This document shows, piece after piece, positions 55,433 to 64,000 of a stretch of 64,000 bases of DNA. Under the pieces are notes generated by a model. That model saw only the letters and a program-made list of their open reading frames with translations, had not been told where the DNA came from and made no database searches. The translations under genes were made by a program, and so were the position numbers. The stretch's first letter is position 1; each line of letters starts with the position of its first letter. This DNA comes from Lingula anatina (Eukaryota > Animalia > Brachiopoda), in contig CM120643.1 in assembly GCA_051362555.1 (NCBI GenBank), positions 20,836,848 through 20,900,847 on the forward strand. Direction: 5' to 3'.

Positions 55433-56253
55433 CCTTTTTAAAACATTATCATATACGTGTCATTGACTTTTCTTGAAAATTCATTTACTCTTGATTACAA
55501 TTGAATTACAGAATAAAAAGCTAGCAATATTTGGTCCTTTCAAAAAAAAAAAATAATAATAATAATAAACATATATATGAAAAGGATGTTATAATTATTT
55601 TCAACCAATCATGCACTGCTTGATTTATAACTGCAGCTCTTGGGCTGTGACTGCACATCTGCAGCTTGTTTGTCTCTTCAAGACAATATGTAATTACAGA
55701 CTCAGATAAAAATGATATCTTTTAACAAAGTTATACAAGGAACTCCCTGTTTAATGATGTTCTGTTTAGGTTTATGATGGAGAAAATTAGTCTCAACTGT
55801 CTGTATGATGTTACTTTTGCTTTTAAGTTTGCACCGCAAGGGTCCCGTGATTTGCTCTCCCCCCTGGACCTTTATGGCAGTGAAGAGTGCCAGGACGCTC
55901 TGCTCATGGTGCCAGCCCTTGCTTCCACTCATGTAGGCCCCATACCATGGATTCTGCTCTGGTAAAAAATGCTGAATTCCTACGGAGGACTTTCCTTATT
56001 CATGATATATTTCCTAATTAAAATTACAACCCGGGCTGTGGTCTTAAATTACTGAATTATTGGATCCAGATTTGAGTAAGATTGTGGGAAAGTGAAGCTA
56101 ACCATGCAGTGCCTTCTTTTTTGTAGCAGATTAAGTTGTTGGTTAATTGTTCACCAAATGTGTTTTCCATATTTCATCATAAACAGACAAAGTGTGTGGT
56201 AATAGCAAATGTATCTCTTGTGTAATGGAGTGGATGATACTTGTGTGCATGTG

Positions 56254-56256
<3 letters not shown>

Positions 56257-56345
<89 letters not shown>
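56257..56345. repeat. (GA)n microsatellite
   Basis: Read directly. Confidence 0.95.
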
Positions 56346-56346
<1 letters not shown>

Positions 56347-57798
56347 ATGACACAAGCATCACCCCTATCCTGATAATAAGCCAGGATAACACAGCCGACA
56401 TGTAATTTTAGGATAATAGGCTCATCTGGGGCAATTAGTGGGGCTGATTACAGTCTCAGATAATTAGTTTACTAATTACTTGCAGCTGAATCAGATGTGA
56501 ACTTTCTATGACCCTTTAGTTCCTAACACAAGACCTTCATTTAACTTATAATATGAACCAAAAGCAGTTAATGGTAATAATGGGTTTGAATAATAACAAA
56601 ATTGAACTTACCTCTAATCTACCTAACAACTGCAGTAAGCAAGTCTAAAAACTGTAAATGAAACATGTATATTATATTTTTTTCTTCAAAAATAGCTTAA
56701 GTAGTCTAGTCCACATTTTTAAATACAAAACAACATGAATATGTAAAAAATGCCTACAAAAATGGACTTCATCTGACACCGTTTTAAATTTTAAATAAAA
56801 TTGAACACTATTTTGATACTACGGTGTACGGAAGGGCACACATCCCATCATATTTCTGCCCAGTCTTCAAAGAGGGCACAGGAACCAAGCAGCCCATTAC
56901 TTGCCACATAACAAGCCTCTAAGAATTATTCTAATTGAAAACAAGATAACAACGCATCATCCGCTCTACCTAATGGGCTGATACACCGCGCAGTTTTCAT
57001 CTGGGACCCTGTTCCACCCCAGGGGACTATGGTTTTCTTAATCTTGAGTTCCTCTAACTCAAAAACTATAATGCACTGGCCAAGATGGAATAAATGAAAC
57101 TCATCAAGAGAAATGAATCTCATCAAAGACAGGAAAAGCATCACATTTTTCAAAAGAAGGAAAGGAAAAAATAGAGAGAGTGACTGATGAAGATAAAGGA
57201 TAATTTCTGGGATCATCATGGAAGAAAAATGCTTTTTAACCACATTTGGAAAGACAAAGTTAATTTTCCAAAATTAGTGCTATTTTATGCACCTTTCCCT
57301 ACACTTAACATTTCTAGTGAATCCATTGTTCTCAAAAGAATAAAATGGTATTATCTACAAAAATGATTACTTTCTTGCTTTAATTTTGTCAAAAATAAAT
57401 AAACAAACAAATAAGTAAATAAATAAATAAATAAATAAATAAATTAAAACAATCGCAATTGTTACAGAAATGATAACAAAATCAAAAAGGATCACATAAA
57501 TTTTCTGTAGTAGGGTGGGACAAATCGGACAGAGAAAGACTCAGTTTACACTGGAGAATCACAAATTTTAATTAAACAGGGAGGGGAGTAATAGTCCAAA
57601 CAACCTTCAGGGAAGATGTCACCAGTTGTGCTCCCTGTCAATGGAAAGAATGTGGAAAGCAATTCAGTATGGAATTCCATGATAAAATGTGTAGGAGACA
57701 GAAGAGATCAATTATAAATATAAGTTGTTCAAATGAAAGGTAAGCTTAACCATCTTCATGCTAACTTTTTTGCCAATAATGGAGTTCTCCCCCCCCTC

Positions 57799-57801
<3 letters not shown>

Positions 57802-57845
<44 letters not shown>
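57802..57845. repeat. (AC)n microsatellite
   Basis: Read directly. Confidence 0.95.
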
Positions 57846-57847
<2 letters not shown>

Positions 57848-58142
57848 AAATAAAAAAGTGTCATAAAGTCGTAAAGATAACATATAATGCCATTAAGATT
57901 TTTTAGCATTTTTTAATGGATCACTGGTCACATTATTCAGGTAATATAAATTCTTTTACAAGCCCACAGACTGGTTGAAAATACTGCACTTATATATTTA
58001 CATACATTTTAAAAAGAAACTGAGGTTTATGATGTTTTCTGATGTACTCAAAATATTCAAATCTTTATCATTTTTTTAATCTAAATTCCCCTTTCAGTCT
58101 GCTTCTTCTGACAAATACATCCCCTGATCTCTGTCACATCAT

Positions 58143-58402
58143 GGCCCTGGACCACAAAAGAGCTTTTGCCCAAAAATTGGTCTTTACTTTAAGACCAAGA
58201 TATTAGCCTACTTTGACCCAATATAAATCAGCAATCATCCAATGGAACGAAACAGTGGGCCCCATTTTTTCATCAGGAAATGCATTGTTTTTGTGTTACA
58301 GACCAGTAATTATCTCAAGTGGACTACTACGGGCCTATCATGGACTAAAGCAAAAGTTTATAGACACATTTTCAGGCTAAAGGTCTTTGGTGAGCCAGAC
58401 CT
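58143..58402. mobile_element. ~260-bp MITE (family A, copy 2)
   Basis: Degenerate TIRs (GGCCCTGGACCACAAAAGAGCTTTTGCCCAAAAATTGGTCT vs reverse complement AGGTCTGGCTCACCAAAGACCTTTAGCCTGAAAATGTGTCT). The interior TAAGACCAAGATATTAGCCTACTTTGACCCAATATAAATCAGCA aligns with the copy at 62701. Confidence 0.65.
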
Positions 58403-60586
58403 CAGCCTCAGTTGAACTCTGTTAACCTACTAAACAATACCTATATGTTGACAATATCCTCTCTATGATATTATTTACAACATCCGATTATCTACGTCCA
58501 CAGAGTCAGATGTCTCATTATGAGATCTCGTTTTTAAGACAAAAACGTCATTGGGAAGATGCTAGTCTGTAGTTTACAATACCATTCTTTGAAAGGAATT
58601 TCTCTTTAACTTTCAATGCTTTGGTAATTAGAAATTGGTTTTGTGAAATTAGTTTTTTCCTTCTCAAATCATTATTGTACATTTTCATGACGAAAGAAAA
58701 AAGGAAGATTTGAACAAAATGCTCTTGCTGAGTGGTTAGCCTTTGAATAACCTATTACAAGCAGTTTTATTACTATATGTATCAATTACATTAGATGATG
58801 TCATAGAGGAATATTTCTGTTGCTCACTTTAAGTCTAGTAAAAGTATAAAGATAAATGATTTAAAAAAAACAGAATCAGAGGATATACACAAATTCCACT
58901 GATATTCACAATTTTATGTAACAAAACTTGCCATTAAGTTTGAGAGTGGAAAATACAGATTTTATACGGAACGTGCTAAACCATTTGACTAATCACAAAG
59001 TGAAATTCCATCGTATCCTCTCCATTACCAATATGTAATAACTCCCCAAGCAACCTACACAAGATCTGCTGACATACTGTAGAAAGACTATTGTTTAGCC
59101 TAGATCAGCCAGAGAAAAAAATACAAGCTCCAATGCTCAAATTATGGAAATGTATTGTGAGATAAAACTAGCTGATAAGGAGAAAACATTTGTTTCTGAC
59201 ATGAAATTAATCAGGGCCGAAACAATTACGCCGAACAAGAGCCTTGCCCTGTTGTCACTGCAGACTGATATTCATATCATTTTTGCGTGCTCATTTTTTA
59301 CTGTGTAATTTAATGTAAAGCTAAGATCTTCCGATAAGCAGGGGAGGTTTTGCCTTACAATTAGGGTTAATTCCACTAATACATGCAGCACATGGTTTCA
59401 ACACGGGAAGTAAAAAAAAAAAAGATGTGTGCAAGCCTACTTGGTCACACCTATATATCTGGATACTGGAGAAAAAGAAGGGCATCCAAGGCCATCCCTG
59501 GATCAGTAACATACACTCAGAGAGACAATACGCCTTTACAAACCAAGCCAATTTACAGCTTGGAGTTAAGAAATAAAATCCCCACAGGTGAATTAAAGAC
59601 AAACACCACGCTGAAGAACAAAGCCGTCACCCCTGCATCTGTTACACGACACCCACACTTAAAAGAAATTCTTCACACTTTTGTGCCACTGAAGAAATGT
59701 GGTGCCAAAAGACAGCAAAAAAAGTGGCATATAATTGTAAGAATGTTAAAATATGATCTATGCTGTTAATAACATACAAGCAAAATTATGTAGAATCAGA
59801 TGTCGAGTTAAGGTTGACAAGTGACAAGTTCTTCTGTCTATGCCATCCACGGAGTCGTGCACAAGACGACAACCAGTGCAACCTCGACTAAGTGTCACTG
59901 TCATACAATAACCACTGATAATTTTGTGCATTTTTTCCCAACCTCATTCAAAAAAAGGACCCCGAGTAACAAGTTTTGTTGCGCTGTGATTATCGTTTTT
60001 GTGCCTTAATAAACACTAAACAAGAAAAGCACGATATATATGCATGTGAGTGTTTGTAATACGAGCACGTATGATTGCTGTCTGCATACCAGGTGTTAGA
60101 GAGCTCTCTGCTAATCAAAGAGAGCACATAAATGTATCACATGTTACCTACTCTCCAAGGCTTAATTAGTAAAACCATAATGAAATGACATGTCATTCTA
60201 GCGTGCTTTTCTTTTTGAAAGGTGTTGATTTTCTGAATCACGCACTGCTGCTGAAACACGAGGCTTATTAATGTTAATACCATCCAGAGGGAGAAAGGTG
60301 GCAACACGACAAGCACTTTCTGCTGCTGAACTAATTGAAAAAACACGTAATTAAAAGTTGACGTGATAACAGTATGTCATCTGTGGCTTAAAACAAAAAC
60401 CCTCCAAAAAAAAGTTTAAGTCACTCAACATCCTATTTGATAAGTGCCATTCTGGAAAGCAGACTATAGTGCTTACCCTCTTCCTCTCAGCATAATCACT
60501 AGGGTTTCACAAAAACAGATGTTGAAGATTGTTCAAAAATATCTATAAAAACTGTCCATCATAATTGTCAAATATAACATGTTTTT

Positions 60587-60781
60587 TGCCACCAGGTGGC
60601 AGGTTTGGCTGTTGGTCTTCCCATCTGCTTCACTGTCTTAGAAAAAAGAAGGGAAATCTGCCAAAAATAAGCTTGTATCTGATCTTAAAAAGTGATTATT
60701 TACTTTTCAGTTGACAGGTAAGATCTTAAGTGTGAGTATTATGTTACGGCCTAAACACAATGCATATTTGCTAGATGGCGC
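60587..60781. promoter_or_regulatory. Pair of CTCF-like motifs
   Basis: TGCCACCAGGTGGCA (60587-60601) and GCTAGATGGCGC (60770-60781) match the CTCF core CCASYAGRKGGC. Motif match only. Confidence 0.45.
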
Positions 60782-62654
60782 ACTGTTTTAAAACATCTCA
60801 GCAGCGATGGTAGTCTACTTCACAAAGAGGCTAATTTAGCAGTGTACTTTTGGGTATGCAAAATGTTGGGAGGAAGCACACTAAGTGAGATGAATTACTG
60901 TCTGATCTTCGCCATTTGAACTTAGCTGAGAAAGTCAGCGAATGCTGGCACACAATTAAGTAATTCCAGTATTAGATGTCTTCCGCTGACATGAATGATC
61001 CATCACTTTGCTGTAACTAAGATAAACAAAAATGAAAAAGACAACATTACAAAATGGTCACCGGTAGCTAGAAATCTCTGCATCAAACTCTCTCTCAAAA
61101 GAGAAAAAAATCCTTTTCTTAAATTACTTGAAAAGAATCCATTGTGATGATACAAAACGCCTCAAAACTGCTTACTTTAGAAAATTCAGGAAAAAAAAGT
61201 GTTTGACTCATTATCCACCCCGCATACCCCTGTACTTATTTTACTGCCAAACAATTATCGGCTATATCCTAAGGTAGGGCACGCCAGATAAACACTTTAA
61301 TTGCACAAGATTTGATAAGTTGGATTGTAAAACAGGTCACTGGCTTGAGGGAAGGCAGGCCTCCTCTGCCAGTTTCTATCAAAACTTAACGTCTGCTTAA
61401 TTATTATCTTGTCAAATGATTACATGGCCTGCGGGGTTGCATTAGCTGGGCATTCCTCTGTGGAAATAACGTGCTATTTAGCTCGCTAATCCGCCCCAGT
61501 TACGAGCGCATGCAGTTCCCAGAGAACGGCTCTGATCTGTACAGTGAAACCTGCTTGTCTTACGTTTCCCTTTTCACTGAGTGAAACATCTTCAGTGACA
61601 TGCAAAATAACAGTTTTTACATTATCAGGTATTAGAAGGCAGTGTCTGGAGACCTTATTAGCCTAATGACTTGTCAAGAGGTCTTCTCTTGGAAACCACT
61701 GATACTGGAAATCTACAAGTTTTTAATGGGATGCAGCCTTCCAGAAATGAGGCCTTCAAAACAGAAAACATCACTCTCTCTCTGTGGTGTCTCTCTTTCT
61801 CTCTCTCTCTCATGCGCTCTTTTTGTGTTTACCTCCAAAAAGCACGATATAGCAATCTTTCCAACTCAGCAGAAACATTCTTTGTGTGCACGTTGCCATG
61901 CAACACATTTCACAGCCAAGCAGGAAGATACAAATAATAACATGAATGTAAGATATTTTTTACAATCCAAGAAAGCCAGCGTACACAAACTTCCACTTTT
62001 GTACCAAACACAATAGTTGACACTGACAAGTAAAATATCTCAATAGGAATGAAATAAGGTTAAGAGCTGTACAAACATATCATTATGAAACTAGATTAAA
62101 AAAAAGGGTGAAATGCTAGTAAAGGCAGGGGCTATCATCTGAATTAATAAAATGATGTTTAAAAATCTTGTGTAGTAAAACAACTGTATGCAACCCTTAC
62201 CATTTAAACTTGTACAGCCATTATAGTGGCTAAATAACCCAATGGCTTGAAACAAAGAACTCTAACTTCCCTGCATACATTAGTTGATATATGGGTACTT
62301 CATTATGAATCTATATTTCCTTCATAACATACATAAAATTAGGTGGCAGACATATCATAATTAAAAATTGAACCATATTACATGGATGTTGACTGGCACT
62401 AAAACAGTATAACCCAACTATGAGTAAGCATGGAAATGCACACAAACTAATACCAAACCAGTACATGTATCACTGACTGTTATTAAAATACATTATTTAG
62501 ATCCAGAGACAGACAAAGAGGCAGACAGACTGATGAACAATACCAACAAGAGAGGGGGTATACTGAATATGAAAACACATGCAACAAAAGACCTGTAAAA
62601 GAGAACATTTCATAGGGAGCTGAGGGTTTGGTACATTATTAACTTGTGGTCCAA

Positions 62655-62922
62655 GGACCTGTCTCACAAAATAACCTAAATCCAAAATTGGTCTAAACTT
62701 TAAGAACATAATTTTAGTCTACCTGACCCAAGATAAACGAGCAGAAACCAAATCAAATAAGACAATGTGTCGGTTTTATGGCATTTTTTTTTCTTCAGAA
62801 TGATACTTACTTAATATAAGTGTAGAGCTACTGATTTAACTTGTGACTTCCAAGTATTCCATATTTATGGTAAAAAAAGTTTAGACCAATTTCTGGCCTA
62901 TGTTATTTAGTAAAACTGGGCC
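62655..62922. mobile_element. ~268-bp MITE, PIF/Harbinger-like (family A, copy 3)
   Basis: Degenerate ~47-bp terminal inverted repeats sharing the perfect core AAATTGGTCTAAACTTT / AAAGTTTAGACCAATTT; CAA on both flanks as a 3-bp TSD. Confidence 0.75.
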
Positions 62923-63028
62923 CAAAATGTTTTTTAGAAGCAGAAGCAGTTTTCTGCCAATGCCAGTGTTCTCAGTCTCATCCTGGTTGACCTGGTGGCA
63001 TGTCATACATCACATATGATGGCAACAT

Positions 63029-63576
63029 AGAGCGCATTCTCAACGAATTAAGCCAGGCTTTACAAAGCCGGTGACCTAAAAATGGCGGACGTACATGAAA
63101 GAAAAACCGCCTAATCTTTTAATAGTCTCTCCGCCTCTCACACGCCTCCCCACACGTCGTCCCTGCGGGGTACAGTAATTAAATCTCGGCTCCGAACATT
63201 AATATTTCTGTGAATATCTCTGGTGATATTATCTCCGTAGATAGTCGATTCATTGCTGCTCTACGGGCCAAATTATTCCTTTTTCGTCTCTGTTTTCAAA
63301 CATAATAGAACAGAAGAGCTTTTTTCCTTCGATCGCCTTCAGCCGCCATGCTTTCTTCACCACGAGTTTAACTGATGAGCATGCGCACTTAATATTTCTC
63401 AGGTAGCTTCCGCATGGCGAACGGAGCCGAGATTTAATTACTGTACCCCGCAGGGACGACGTGTGGGGAGGCGGAGAGACTATTAAAAGATTAGGCGGTT
63501 TTTCTTTCATGTACGTCCGCCATTTTTAGGTCACCGGCTTTGTAAAGCCTGGCTTAATTCGTTGAGAATGCGCTCT
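63029..63576. mobile_element. Young non-autonomous fold-back/MITE element with ~155-bp inverted arms
   Basis: 63029-63194 is the reverse complement of 63422-63576 apart from an 11-nt insertion in the left arm. 227-bp spacer; CpG-rich compared with the flanks; no coding capacity. Confidence 0.85.
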
Positions 63577-63614
63577 TAGAGTATGACTTCCCTGTGACAG
63601 CAACATGATAAACA

Positions 63615-63617
<3 letters not shown>

Positions 63618-63687
<70 letters not shown>
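63618..63687. repeat. (GA)n microsatellite
   Basis: Read directly. Confidence 0.95.
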
Positions 63688-63691
<4 letters not shown>

Positions 63692-64000
63692 TGGAATAAG
63701 TAAAGGGACTGTACATGTACAAAGCCTTTGGTTTGAAAAATACAATACCAAATTTTTGTAGTTTCTCAAAAATTAACAGATTTTATGGATCATCACTTTA
63801 TCAAGTTCCAAATGCCAAATACTTAAAAAGGTATATATTTTTTGGGCAAACACTTTCTTCACTAAGATAAGTATGTAGTTAAACATCTTCCTTTCATTCT
63901 CACTTTATCTAAAAGTGAACTTTTCCACCATCAGTAGCAAGTTCACTACAAAAGGAAGACACCATTAACTATACTGAACATTTAGTACAAGCTTCCTTAA

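Overview
Eukaryotic, AT-rich, microsatellite-rich DNA from a bilaterian invertebrate (a mollusc or other lophotrochozoan is my inference, not proven). It holds the 5' half of one giant minus-strand gene, the ZFHX3/ZFHX4 (ATBF1)/Drosophila zfh2 orthologue. Four coding exons join through phase-1 GT-AG introns: 22930-19297 (start ATG at 22801), a probable 90-nt acidic exon 5967-5878, 2672-2289, and 1360 to the window edge. Together they give about 1,780 codons of C2H2/matrin-type zinc-finger protein; the homeodomains would lie beyond base 1. The 41 kb upstream (22931-64000) has no credible coding sequence and looks like a first intron or regulatory desert. Hand reading found four uORFs packed in the 129 nt before the start codon, a young 548-bp fold-back element, a three-copy ~265-bp MITE family, two intronic hairpins, an exactly 47-bp-periodic triplicated motif module, and clusters of CTCF-like, RFX X-box and GGTCA/Smad motifs. 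I see no evidence for a wholly new gene system; the novelty candidates are regulatory and remain inferences. Almost all short ORFs in the supplied track are spurious.
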